Assembly (NCBI GenBank): GCA_903831045.1 | Contig: CAIKWG010000038.1 | Location: 1-42,006, forward strand | Source: an uncultured archaeon | Lineage (GTDB): Archaea > Nanobdellota > Nanobdellia > Pacearchaeales > GW2011-AR1 | Length of the DNA: 42,006 bases | Reading direction: 5' to 3' | In this document: one piece after another, positions 26,882-36,252 of the stretch | Layout of the letters: each line of letters begins with the position of its first letter | How positions within the stretch are numbered: position 1 is the stretch's first letter | Made by a program: the position numbers and the translations under genes | Notes under the pieces: generated by a model | Seen by the model: the letters and a program-made list of their open reading frames with translations, nothing else | The model's database searches: none | Told to the model about the DNA's origin: nothing

Positions 26882-27283
26882 TTATTCTGTTTTTCCTGTA
26901 ATCAAATAATTATTTAGCCTATTTATATCTAACAGTCTATCTCTGTTTAGAGTTTCATCCCCATAAATGACTATCTTTAGAATGGGATGAATTACTCCTT
27001 TTGTTAAAAATAACTCTCTGTCCGAGTCATAATAATGATTTCCCGGACTTATCTCATGGGTAAAAAATGAACCTTCAGATTCAATAGTTTTTCTAGAAGA
27101 TAATTCTAATCCCTCTACTTTTATTAGATATCTTTGAATTCTGTCTGGTTTGTTATAATTCATTCTCTTAAATATTTCCAATCTCTTACCATAAAATTCT
27201 TCCATATCAAATAATACTTCTAACTTTTGTTTCTTATTCCCAGAACTATCAATAAGATGCGGGGTAAACCTTTGTTCTATCAT
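26882..27283 (-). CDS. hypothetical protein
   Basis: 133 aa; own TATA; lies next to the tRNA 3' end. Confidence 0.7.
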   Translation of the reverse strand: MIEQRFTPHLIDSSGNKKQKLEVLFDMEEFYGKRLEIFKRMNYNKPDRIQRYLIKVEGLELSSRKTIESEGSFFTHEISPGNHYYDSDRELFLTKGVIHPILKIVIYGDETLNRDRLLDINRLNNYLITGKTE

Positions 27284-27338
27284 TGATTTTTAATAATTAA
27301 ATCATTTATATTATTTTATATATTCAAATGAAAGAATA

Positions 27339-27413
27339 TGGCCCCGAGGGGAGTTGAACCCCCGACACCCGGATTAAAAGTCCGGTGCTCTAACCAGGCT
27401 GAGCTACGGAGCC
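27339..27413 (-). tRNA. tRNA-Lys(UUU), no intron, CCA not encoded
   Basis: GGCTCCG/CGGGGCC acceptor stem, anticodon loop CTTTTAA in CCGGA/TCCGG stem, GGTTCAA T-loop, discriminator A. Confidence 0.96.
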
Positions 27414-27497
27414 ATTAAATGAAATAGAAAGAATCGGTTTATAAAATTATCCTCTAGATAGCATAATTAATTTAAAGTTCATGTCAATAAACAGTTT

Positions 27498-28079
27498 ATG
27501 GAATTAACTAAATTATTTCTAACAAAAGACGAAATACCAATACTTCATGATAGTTGTTTTCAAATTCCAATTCATCCAAAAATTTTAGACCCTGCTATTA
27601 ATATAAGGCCTGAAATTGCAAAAGAAATATTTCCCAAGGTGGCACAAGATTGGTATAACGATCTAAGAATCTATGCCAATATAGAAAAAGATTTGGACAA
27701 AAAAATGTGGTATGAAGAAGTTTTTCTAAAGAAGGAACCAAGCATAGTCAATCATTTGAATCATCAATTTTTAAATGAGACTTGGAGAGATGATATTGAT
27801 ACTTTAGATAATGGATTTGTTAATAATTTCTCTATAAGTAGAAATGCGGGGGGAAGTCTTTATTTTTGGCAAGATGAGGTAAATTGTGAATCTATAGTTC
27901 CAAATGTTTATCTTAGACTTTCAGAAGAAAAGATCAATGAATTTGTTTTTAAGAAAATGAATAATTATAACCTTGGGTTTGTGTATGCGTCTCACAACAT
28001 TGATAATCTTCCAGGAGCTTTATTTTTAAGAAATTGGGCAATAGAATATATGAATCAAGTCTTTAAAGAAGTCTTCTAA
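27498..28079 (+). CDS. hypothetical protein
   Basis: 193 aa; TTTAAA about 20 nt upstream; HNID...ALFLRNW may be a conserved motif. Confidence 0.75.
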   Translation: MELTKLFLTKDEIPILHDSCFQIPIHPKILDPAINIRPEIAKEIFPKVAQDWYNDLRIYANIEKDLDKKMWYEEVFLKKEPSIVNHLNHQFLNETWRDDIDTLDNGFVNNFSISRNAGGSLYFWQDEVNCESIVPNVYLRLSEEKINEFVFKKMNNYNLGFVYASHNIDNLPGALFLRNWAIEYMNQVFKEVF

Positions 28080-28402
28080 ATATATCCTCTAATCACATTT
28101 TCAATTTCTTCTTGAGGCATTGCCCCAATAATCTGTTCTACAATTCTTCCATCCTTAAACATAATCAAATTTGGAATAGAGCTAACTCCAAATTTTTCCG
28201 CTATTTCAGGACTATCTTCAATGTTTACCTTCCCTACCTTTAATTTTCCTTTAAAATTTTCACTGATTTCTTCCATTACTGGAGTCATCATAACACAAGG
28301 CATACACCATTCAGCAAAAAAATCTATTAAGACAACCCCCTGTTTAGTAAAAGATTCAAATTCTTTTTCACTTAATTCAGGAACTTCGTTGTTATTTACC
28401 AT
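28076..28402 (-). CDS. trxA: thioredoxin
   Basis: DFFAEWCMPC, SIPNLIMFKDG; start moved to ATG 28402. Confidence 0.93.
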   Translation of the reverse strand: MVNNNEVPELSEKEFESFTKQGVVLIDFFAEWCMPCVMMTPVMEEISENFKGKLKVGKVNIEDSPEIAEKFGVSSIPNLIMFKDGRIVEQIIGAMPQEEIENVIRGYI

Positions 28403-28519
28403 CTTCAACCTAAGGAAATAAGTTTTATAAGTTTTTAGATAATGAATCTCCAGAAGAAATCCTAGTTTATATCTTCCAGAAGATAGATGTTTAAAAAGAA
28501 ATTTATTTTATTCTAACTA

Positions 28520-29386
28520 ATGCAAGCTTATTTAGAGATAGTTGATAAAATTTTAAAAGAAGGTGAATGGAAAAATAATCGTACTGGTGTTGATACATTA
28601 GCTATTGCCGGAGCAATGTTTGAACACGATATGTCTAAAGGTTTTCCTCTTTTAACAACAAAAAAGATGGCTCAAAAGGCTATTAAGGTAGAACTTGAAG
28701 GATTTATCAAAGGTATTACAGATAAAAATTGGTATCAAGAAAGAGGCTGTACAATCTGGGACGAATGGTGTAATCCTCAAAAAGCTCCATATGGGACTGA
28801 TGAAGAATCTAAATCTAAAATGAAAGCAGAAAGAGATTTAGGTCCAATATACGGTTTTCAATGGAGACATTGGAATGCAGATTATGAAAGTTTTAATACA
28901 GATTACGCTGGAAAGGGAATAGATCAATTAGCAAAGATTGTACAAACACTAAAGAAAAATCCAAATGATCGAAGAATGATTGTGAATGCGTGGAATCCTG
29001 AAAAATTATCTCAGATGGCCTTACCGCCCTGTCATTATGGTTTTCAAGTTACAGTAATTAATAATAAACTTAATCTTCTCTGGAATCAAAGATCTGTAGA
29101 TACAATGTTGGGACTTCCATTTAACATAGCAAGTTATGGAACTTTACTTCATCTATTGGCTAAAGAATCTGGATTTGAAGAAGGAAAATTAATTGGATTT
29201 TTAGGCGATGTTCATATTTATGAAAATCATCTTGATGGAGCAAAAGAACAACTAACAAGAACCCCTCTTGCATTGCCTCAAGCGGAGACAGAAAATTTTA
29301 GCTCTATTTTTAATTGGGAATCTTCGGATACAAAATTCAAGGATTATCTTCCTCATGATAAAATAAATTTTCCAATTGCAATCTGA
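28520..29386 (+). CDS. thyA: thymidylate synthase (bacterial/phage-like ThyA)
   Basis: NRTG, FPLLTTK, LGPIYGFQWR, MALPPCH, QRSVD, PFNIASY, DVHIYENH. Confidence 0.96.
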   Translation: MQAYLEIVDKILKEGEWKNNRTGVDTLAIAGAMFEHDMSKGFPLLTTKKMAQKAIKVELEGFIKGITDKNWYQERGCTIWDEWCNPQKAPYGTDEESKSKMKAERDLGPIYGFQWRHWNADYESFNTDYAGKGIDQLAKIVQTLKKNPNDRRMIVNAWNPEKLSQMALPPCHYGFQVTVINNKLNLLWNQRSVDTMLGLPFNIASYGTLLHLLAKESGFEEGKLIGFLGDVHIYENHLDGAKEQLTRTPLALPQAETENFSSIFNWESSDTKFKDYLPHDKINFPIAI

Positions 29387-29391
29387 TTAAA

Positions 29392-30321
29392 ATGGAAAGA
29401 GGTAAATTTTTAGATTTAGTTATAGCTGGTCCAGACATGAGTGGAACAAGCACGCAGATTGGGGATATTGTTAATTATTTTAAAAAGAAAAATTTAGCTG
29501 TTAGAGATTTAAGAGGAACCGAGATAGATGCATTATTTCATGCTGAAATATTTAGATTATTAAATTCTAAATTTTCAAGTGTTTCGGAGTTGCCAGAACA
29601 TATCCGAAATTATTTTTTATTTAAAACTTATAAATTAATGTCTGGAGGAGGAACAAATCAAGACTTACAAATTGCTTCTTGTGTTAGAAATAATGTGACT
29701 ACCTATATTGATCCTAATTCTGCAGATGTATGGATTATGGAAGAGCCAACAAAAAGGGGGGCAGGACAATTAAATAGAACAATCGAACAAAACAGATCTC
29801 AATTCGGAGATGAAATGAATCCAATCGCAGCAGCATTAGCTCATCAAGCCTATAGAACAGATGAATTTCTTAGATTCAGAAAAGCCTTTAGAGGGAATAA
29901 CAAAATAATTATTCGTAGTCGTAGTGAAGAATCTGCATGTTATCAAATCCTTGATTCCCAATTTTTACAAAATGGAATAAGCATGGAAGATTATCTTAAT
30001 TTGCCCGGGCATAAAATAGCTTTTAAAAATTCTCCCACAAATATTTTTGTAGTGTGTGGTCCAGAAGATTGGACAACTCAGGATTATCTTAAACTAAAAT
30101 CGCAAAGAAGTAACGGGCGTGCCATTGATGATTATGAGAGTAATGCTGAATATCAAGTTTTAGTAAATAAGAGATATGCTTCTAATTGGATAGATGAGCT
30201 TTATGAGAAAGGATGTGCAATACATGGAGGGATTGTTCCAGAAATTACGCGATTTAATATTTATGATTCAAAAGGGCAAATAAAAGAAAAAATTATTTCA
30301 AAATTAGAAACTATTCTTTAA
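29392..30321 (+). CDS. divergent thymidylate-kinase-like P-loop protein
   Basis: GPDMSGTSTQ P-loop-like motif, EEP, SRSEESACYQ resembling DRxxxSxxAYQ; directly after thyA. Confidence 0.65.
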   Translation: MERGKFLDLVIAGPDMSGTSTQIGDIVNYFKKKNLAVRDLRGTEIDALFHAEIFRLLNSKFSSVSELPEHIRNYFLFKTYKLMSGGGTNQDLQIASCVRNNVTTYIDPNSADVWIMEEPTKRGAGQLNRTIEQNRSQFGDEMNPIAAALAHQAYRTDEFLRFRKAFRGNNKIIIRSRSEESACYQILDSQFLQNGISMEDYLNLPGHKIAFKNSPTNIFVVCGPEDWTTQDYLKLKSQRSNGRAIDDYESNAEYQVLVNKRYASNWIDELYEKGCAIHGGIVPEITRFNIYDSKGQIKEKIISKLETIL

Positions 30322-30746
30322 TTCAATCCACTGCTTCCAAAAGCTTTTTTTCCACGTACGCTATCGCTAAGATTTTCTGTTTCTTCTATTTCGGCTGTTT
30401 CAATTTTTTGAATTAATAGTTGAGCAATCTTTTGTCCTTTTTTTATTTCATAATCTTTAGAAGATAAGTTTACTAGGATTACCTTATATTCTCCTCGGTA
30501 AGTATGTTCAATAACTCCCCCCATTGTTTTAATTCCATTACTTGCAACTCCGCTTTTATCCCAAATCAGAGAAACAAATCCAGGGGGCAATTCTATTGAA
30601 ATTCCTGTTCCAATAAGCTTTCTATAATTTGGTTTTAGAATAAAATCTTCTTCATTTGAAAATAAATCGAGACCCGCATCGCCTTCATGAGCATAGGAAG
30701 GAAGTTTAGCTTCTGCATTTAATTTTTTTATTTTAAGCTTTACCAT
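30318..30746 (-). CDS. dut: trimeric dUTPase
   Basis: AGLDL, KSG, GVIEHTYRGE, KIAQL, RGKKAFGSSG; start moved to ATG 30746. Confidence 0.95.
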   Translation of the reverse strand: MVKLKIKKLNAEAKLPSYAHEGDAGLDLFSNEEDFILKPNYRKLIGTGISIELPPGFVSLIWDKSGVASNGIKTMGGVIEHTYRGEYKVILVNLSSKDYEIKKGQKIAQLLIQKIETAEIEETENLSDSVRGKKAFGSSGLN

Positions 30747-31026
30747 TTTCCCCCTCAATCATCTTGATGATGTTTTCTTCGATGTGAGGAAAAGTACAAT
30801 TACTACAATCAAGAATTTTTTTACCAAGAGAAGTTGTCACATATTTTATAGAAGGAGAATTAATTTTGCAAGTTTCTCCATAATAAGGGCAATAGCAAAA
30901 ATAACAGTTTAAACTTTCTAAATCGTGGCATTTTTTATCTTGCTCATAGCAGATACATTTTTCTTTTTGAACTTTCATTCTTTCAAAATTAAACTCTTCC
31001 AAAACGGCCTTGGTTCTTTTTTCCAT
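30733..31026 (-). CDS. cysteine-rich small domain protein (zf-like)
   Basis: CH...NCYFCYCPY...DCSNCTFPH; start 31026 overlaps the RNR stop (TAATG). Confidence 0.75.
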   Translation of the reverse strand: MEKRTKAVLEEFNFERMKVQKEKCICYEQDKKCHDLESLNCYFCYCPYYGETCKINSPSIKYVTTSLGKKILDCSNCTFPHIEENIIKMIEGENGKA

Positions 31027-33704
31027 TATCCGCAACTAACTCCATTGTCGTGTCCGCACTTTTTGCACTTTGGACTATGACAACCCGATTCAAATAACGG
31101 GTCAGTGCCTCCGCACTTTTTGCATTCAAATTTAGTATCCAGCTTTCCATTTGTTCCGCTAGCTTCTATTTCTATTTCATCAGCTACTCTTACCTGAGAT
31201 ATTATTTTAGAATATTCTTCGGTTCCTCTTTCAATTTTTCTTAAATCTTTTTTATTAATTAAATTGATTAGCTTTCCAGAATTTTCATCCCTTCCAATAA
31301 TTCCATTCCTTAGAAGATAATCTTCAAAAATTAATCCTGCTGCATGTTCTATGGATTTAATTCTTCTTGGTCCAATTCCCTCATCTTCGCTAGACACAGG
31401 GGATTGTAATCTTGAAACAAATTCTGCATAATTAGGGTTCTGCCCTCTCAAAATTTCTGTTCTATCCATTCCCGCTTGAGCAAATGTTACACTTGTGGCT
31501 GCCCCATGAGGAGCTCTAACTTGAAAATCTTCATCTGGAATAAAATAAGCTTTTTTATTTTTATCATCAACATATAAATCGCTTGTTAAGGTAACATGTA
31601 AACTATCTTGATTTTCAAACCGTTTTATTTTATATTTCATTGCTTGAGGTTTAATATCCAACAGCGGATGTGGCTTAATGTTGTGTTGGACTAATTCAAC
31701 TTTTTTTTCTAAATTTTCTCTAGGTTTTAATACTCCTTCTCTTGAGCCTTCTCTATAAACAGTAACCCCCTTGCATCCAGCTTTCCAGGCTTCTTCATAA
31801 ACTTTAGCAACCATATCTTCAGAAATATCTTTTGGTAAATTCACGGTAACGCTAATAGAATGGTCTACCCACTTTTGCATTTCTCCTTGCATCTTAACCT
31901 TTTCAACCCAATCCACGTCGTTACTTGTGGCTTTGTAGTATGGAGACTGACTAACCAATTCATCCAGTTTTTCTTTTGAATATCCTTTTACTTCTTCTGG
32001 ATTGTATCCCTGTACTTTTAACCATTCCTCAAATTTATGATGAAATACATTAAATTCTTCCCAGGAATCTCCCTGTTCATCTACAAAAGCAACATTAACA
32101 TTTTGATCGTTCGAATTAATTTTTCTTCTTCTCATATAAGCGGGCAAAAATACTGGCTCAATTCCAGATGTGGTTTGAGCCATCAGACTAACTGTTCCAG
32201 TTGGGGCTATAGTAAGAAGAGATATGTTTCTCCTTCCATGTTTAACCATTTCTTCATAGAGTACAGGGTCTTCATTTTTAATTCTATTAATAAAAGGATT
32301 ATCTTTTTCTCTTTGAGCGTCATATATCTCAAATGCTCCTCTTTCTTTTGCCAATTCAACTGAAGATCTATAGGCTTCAATGGCAAGGGTCTTTTGTACT
32401 TCAACTGCGAATTTAGTTGCTTCTGGGGTTCCATAGGTTAATCCAAGCGCAGCAATCATATCTCCCTCGGCAGTTATTCCAAGACCCATTCTTCTTCCTT
32501 CTTGTGCTTTGTGAGTTATTTTTTCCCATAAAAGTTTTTCAGTTCTCTTAATCTCTTCGTCTTCTGGGTCATTGTCAATTTTTTTCATTATTGCATCAAT
32601 TTTTTCAATTTCTAAATCAATTATATCATCTGAAATTCTTTGAGCATAATGTACATGCTCTTTAAATTTATCAAAATTGAATTTTGCTTCTGGAGTAAAA
32701 GGATTATCCACATATCCATATAGATTCATAGATAATAATCTACAACTATCATAAGGACAAAGAGGTATTTCTCCACATGGATTTGTTGAAACTGTTTTAT
32801 ATCCCAGGTCAGCATAACAATCAGGAATTGATTCTTTTATTATAGTATCCCAAAATAAAACCCCTGGTTCAGCACGCTGCCAAGCATTATGAATTATTTT
32901 TTTCCATAATCCTCTTGCCTCAATTTCTTTTTCAAAAGTTGGTTCCTCTGAATTAACAGGATATTGCTGAGTATATGTTTTATTATTGATAACCGAATTC
33001 ATGAATTCATCGTCTATTTTTACAGAAATATTTGCATTTGTTACTCTTCCTTTATCCATTTTAGCATCAATAAACTTTTCAGCATCGGGGTGTTTAACCG
33101 AAATACTAAGCATTAATGCTCCTCTTCTTCCGTCCTGGGCAACTTCTTTAGTTGAATTAGAATATCTTTCCATAAATGGAACAACTCCTGTGGAAGTTAA
33201 TGCACTGTTATTTACTTCGCTCCTATCTGGACGTATGTGAGATAAATCATGTCCTACTCCTCCTCTACGTTTCATCAGCTGAACCTGCTGTTGGTCTATC
33301 TGCATAATTCCTCCATAGGAATCTGCTTCGTTTCCAATAACAAAACAATTAGACAAAGATGCAATTTGAAGAGGATTTTCAACCCCGGTCATAGGTCCTC
33401 CCTGAGGAATTATATAACGAAATCCATCCATCAGTTCAAATAATTTTTCTTTAGTGAGGCCATTATCATATTTTGATTCAATTCTAGCAATTCCATTAGC
33501 CAATCTCTGGTGCATTTGTGTGGGGGAAGATTCATATAAATTTTCTTTAGAATCCTTTAGAGCGTATTTATTCATCCAAGTGCTTGCAGCCATTTCATCT
33601 CCATTGAAATATAATAAAGATTTTTTATAAACTTCATCTGCAGAATAAATTATTCTTCCTCCAATTCCTAAACTTCTTGCTTTATCATCCAAACTTTTTG
33701 TCAT
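31026..33704 (-). CDS. nrdJ: class II adenosylcobalamin-dependent ribonucleotide reductase
   Basis: SNCFV, RRGALM, TNPCGEIPL, SCRL, IAPTGT, GCKGVTVYREGSR, C-terminal Zn ribbon ending SCG; no NrdB or activase nearby. Confidence 0.93.
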   Translation of the reverse strand: MTKSLDDKARSLGIGGRIIYSADEVYKKSLLYFNGDEMAASTWMNKYALKDSKENLYESSPTQMHQRLANGIARIESKYDNGLTKEKLFELMDGFRYIIPQGGPMTGVENPLQIASLSNCFVIGNEADSYGGIMQIDQQQVQLMKRRGGVGHDLSHIRPDRSEVNNSALTSTGVVPFMERYSNSTKEVAQDGRRGALMLSISVKHPDAEKFIDAKMDKGRVTNANISVKIDDEFMNSVINNKTYTQQYPVNSEEPTFEKEIEARGLWKKIIHNAWQRAEPGVLFWDTIIKESIPDCYADLGYKTVSTNPCGEIPLCPYDSCRLLSMNLYGYVDNPFTPEAKFNFDKFKEHVHYAQRISDDIIDLEIEKIDAIMKKIDNDPEDEEIKRTEKLLWEKITHKAQEGRRMGLGITAEGDMIAALGLTYGTPEATKFAVEVQKTLAIEAYRSSVELAKERGAFEIYDAQREKDNPFINRIKNEDPVLYEEMVKHGRRNISLLTIAPTGTVSLMAQTTSGIEPVFLPAYMRRRKINSNDQNVNVAFVDEQGDSWEEFNVFHHKFEEWLKVQGYNPEEVKGYSKEKLDELVSQSPYYKATSNDVDWVEKVKMQGEMQKWVDHSISVTVNLPKDISEDMVAKVYEEAWKAGCKGVTVYREGSREGVLKPRENLEKKVELVQHNIKPHPLLDIKPQAMKYKIKRFENQDSLHVTLTSDLYVDDKNKKAYFIPDEDFQVRAPHGAATSVTFAQAGMDRTEILRGQNPNYAEFVSRLQSPVSSEDEGIGPRRIKSIEHAAGLIFEDYLLRNGIIGRDENSGKLINLINKKDLRKIERGTEEYSKIISQVRVADEIEIEASGTNGKLDTKFECKKCGGTDPLFESGCHSPKCKKCGHDNGVSCG

Positions 33705-33757
33705 TTTATTTATTTCTTTTTCCTCTTTATATTGTTTTCTCCAATTGAAAATATACT

Positions 33758-34198
33758 TTATTCAAGTTCTTCCAATTGTTGTTTAAAGTCTTCTAAATCT
33801 TTGAAATCTCTATACACTGAAGCAAATCTTACATAGGCTACTTTATCTATTTTTTTTATCTTTTTCATAATCATCTCTCCAATCATCGAACTTTTTATTT
33901 CTCTTTTCCCACGCTTTCTAATCTGTTCTTCAATATCCTGTGCAAGCTGTAATATCTTTTCTTTTGAAATCTGCCTTTTCTCAAACGCTCTCTCCAACCC
34001 ACGAATAATTTTTTGAATATCAAATTTTTGTCTTGTATTATTCTTTTTTATTACATAAACATCCGATTCAGCAATTTTTTCATAGGTAGTAAATCTTTTT
34101 TTACATTTCAAGCATTCTCTTCTCCTTCTCACTCCTTCAGGAGAAATTCTTTTGTTTGTTACACTTGATTTTGTATGTGAGCAAAATGGGCACTTCAT
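33758..34198 (-). CDS. nrdR: NrdR transcriptional repressor (Zn ribbon plus ATP cone)
   Basis: MKCPFC, RRRRECLKCKKRFTTYE, VAYVRFASVYRDF; start moved to 34198. Confidence 0.95.
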   Translation of the reverse strand: MKCPFCSHTKSSVTNKRISPEGVRRRRECLKCKKRFTTYEKIAESDVYVIKKNNTRQKFDIQKIIRGLERAFEKRQISKEKILQLAQDIEEQIRKRGKREIKSSMIGEMIMKKIKKIDKVAYVRFASVYRDFKDLEDFKQQLEELE

Positions 34199-34210
34199 TA
34201 TTTGATTAGT

Positions 34211-34257
34211 ATACAATATGTTGTATAGTATTACCTCTTTATTACTGATTATGGTAT
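34211..34257. promoter_or_regulatory. tandem NrdR boxes
   Basis: ATACAATATGTTGTAT (34211-34226) fits acaCwAtATaTwGtgt; degenerate TTACTGATTATGGTAT starts 31 bp away (34242-34257). Confidence 0.7.
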
Positions 34258-34342
34258 ACAAAACGAAATATTCTATTTAAATTTTCGTCATAACTAAAAT
34301 TTACAACAAGAAAAATTTAAAAATAAGTTTTTCTTCATTGGT

Positions 34343-34636
34343 ATGGAGGTGCTAATGGAAGGATATTTATCAACAATTGCAACACAACTTGGAATGTCTG
34401 TTGGTTTACTCGCAATAGTAATTATCTGGACACTTGTCTGGAAATTAATTGCGTTATGGAAATCAGCTAGAAATAATCAACCTGTATGGTTTGTGATTCT
34501 AGGTATTGTGAATACAATGGGGATACTTGAAATCTTATACATCTTCGTATTCCATAAACTTGGAATTAAAGAAAAGTCAATAGAACAAGTAAAACCCAAA
34601 GCTGCTAAGAGAAAAGTTTCAAAGAAACGAAAATAA
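34343..34636 (+). CDS. DUF5652-like small membrane protein
   Basis: WTLVWKLIALWKSAR-x4-WF...NTMGILEILY. Confidence 0.75.
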   Translation: MEVLMEGYLSTIATQLGMSVGLLAIVIIWTLVWKLIALWKSARNNQPVWFVILGIVNTMGILEILYIFVFHKLGIKEKSIEQVKPKAAKRKVSKKRK

Positions 34637-34726
34637 GCGGCAACAATTTTTATTTTTATTTTTATTTTTTAATCTAGTTTCTGGATTACAATAGTCTTTA
34701 AATAGAAGAAGAACAATTCTTCTATT

Positions 34727-34951
34727 ATGAAAGAATTAGACAAAGACTTTATCGATAATTTACAATTGAAAGCAGGAACTTGCTATGGTTGTCCAGCCTA
34801 TCCTGGAGGGGATTTCAAGTTATGTGACGAATTCCACAACATTAAAAAAATGCAAAAAATAAATTCTCCTTGCTATAATGAAAATGTTCATGTCATGAAT
34901 AATGTTGACGCTCACGATGAATATGGTAATATAACCAAGATATCTTTCTAA
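34727..34951 (+). CDS. small Cys-rich hypothetical protein
   Basis: 74 aa; CYGC...C...C; TTTAAATA about 22 nt upstream. Confidence 0.6.
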   Translation: MKELDKDFIDNLQLKAGTCYGCPAYPGGDFKLCDEFHNIKKMQKINSPCYNENVHVMNNVDAHDEYGNITKISF

Positions 34952-34996
34952 TTTTCTAATAGTTAACTTTTTATTCTAATTTCTTCTTGATATTTC

Positions 34997-36187
34997 ATGA
35001 AAAAACGCTATGAATTATTGGCCCCAGCAGGAGATTTTCCAATGTTAAGTGCAGCTGTAAAAGCAGGAGCAGATGCAGTTTATTTTGGATTGAAAGAATT
35101 TTCTATGCGTCAAGCTGCAAAAAACTTTTCAATTAAAGATCTAGATAAAATAAATAAGATTTGTGGCAAGAATGTAAAGAAATATCTTACAGTGAATGTA
35201 ATAGTTTATGATAATGAATTAAAAAAACTTGAAGAAACAATAAAAAAAGTAAGAGGCAAAGTTGATGCAATAATTTGCTGGGATTTATCGGTAATAGAAT
35301 TATGTAGAAAATACAAAATTCCTTTTCACATCTCAACTCAAGCTTCAGTTTCAAATGCAAAAGCTGCCAAATTTTACAAATCTCTTGGAGCAGAAAGAAT
35401 TGTTCTCGCAAGAGAACTAAATTTAAAGCAGATAAAGGAAATATCAAAAATAATTCCAATTGAAACTTTTATTCATGGAGCAATGTGCGTATCTGTTTCA
35501 GGAAGATGTTTTACTTCTCAATTTTTGTTCAACTGCTCTGCAAACAGAGGAGTTTGTCTTCAGCCCTGTAGAAGATCTTACACCATTAAGGATGAAGATG
35601 GAAATGAATTGAAGCTAGAGAACAATAGAGTAATGTCCGCAAAAGACCTCTGCACACTTCCATTTATTGAAAAATTAAAAAATGCAGGAATAACCTGTTT
35701 TAAAATTGAAGGAAGAAATAGAGACCCTCGTTATGTGGACACAGTTGTAAAAGTCTATAGAAAAGCGTTAGATAAAAAATTAACTTCAAAAGAAATTCAA
35801 GAATCTCTTGAAGAACTTGAAAAAGTTTACAATAGAAAGTTTTCTTCTGGATTTTATATCAAAATGCCAACCTCGGACGATTTCACAAACATTGAACACA
35901 GTGCTTCAACAGAACAAAAAAAGTTTGTTGGTAAAATTTTAAAATATTATACTAAACCTGAAGTTGGAACAATTCAAATTCAAGCAGGAGAATTAAAGGT
36001 TGGAGATGAAATTAATGTTATTGGTAACACAACCGGAATAGAAAAAATAAAAATATCTTCCATGGAAATAAAGAACCAGTCGGTTCAAAAAGCAATAAAA
36101 GGTCAAGAAGTTGGAATTAAACTTCCAAGAGTTAGAACCAATGACGAAGTATACCTAATTAAGAAGCGAGTTGCGGGAATTAGATAA
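34997..36187 (+). CDS. peptidase U32 family Fe-S protein (TrhP/RlhA-like RNA hydroxylase)
   Basis: ELLAPAG, GADAVY, HISTQ, LAREL, HGAMCVSVSGRC...NRGVCLQPCR, KIEGR; C-terminal beta-barrel. Confidence 0.9.
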   Translation: MKKRYELLAPAGDFPMLSAAVKAGADAVYFGLKEFSMRQAAKNFSIKDLDKINKICGKNVKKYLTVNVIVYDNELKKLEETIKKVRGKVDAIICWDLSVIELCRKYKIPFHISTQASVSNAKAAKFYKSLGAERIVLARELNLKQIKEISKIIPIETFIHGAMCVSVSGRCFTSQFLFNCSANRGVCLQPCRRSYTIKDEDGNELKLENNRVMSAKDLCTLPFIEKLKNAGITCFKIEGRNRDPRYVDTVVKVYRKALDKKLTSKEIQESLEELEKVYNRKFSSGFYIKMPTSDDFTNIEHSASTEQKKFVGKILKYYTKPEVGTIQIQAGELKVGDEINVIGNTTGIEKIKISSMEIKNQSVQKAIKGQEVGIKLPRVRTNDEVYLIKKRVAGIR

Positions 36188-36252
36188 TTCTTCAGTATTC
36201 ACTAATATCCAAAAAAATAAGAAATAGAAAAATAAAAAAAAATAAAATAAAT

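Noticed and set aside
26882-27413. Integrative element at tRNA-Lys
   Set aside because: No duplicated tRNA 3' end and no integrase in the window; only one ORFan is adjacent.
19756-33704. Inteins or introns in RpoA, RpoB or NrdJ
   Set aside because: Lengths are normal or short, and no intein splice motifs or LAGLIDADG blocks were seen.
33705-33757. Cobalamin riboswitch before nrdJ
   Set aside because: The spacer is 53 bp and AT-rich with no B12-box; it holds only an SD-like AGAGGA.
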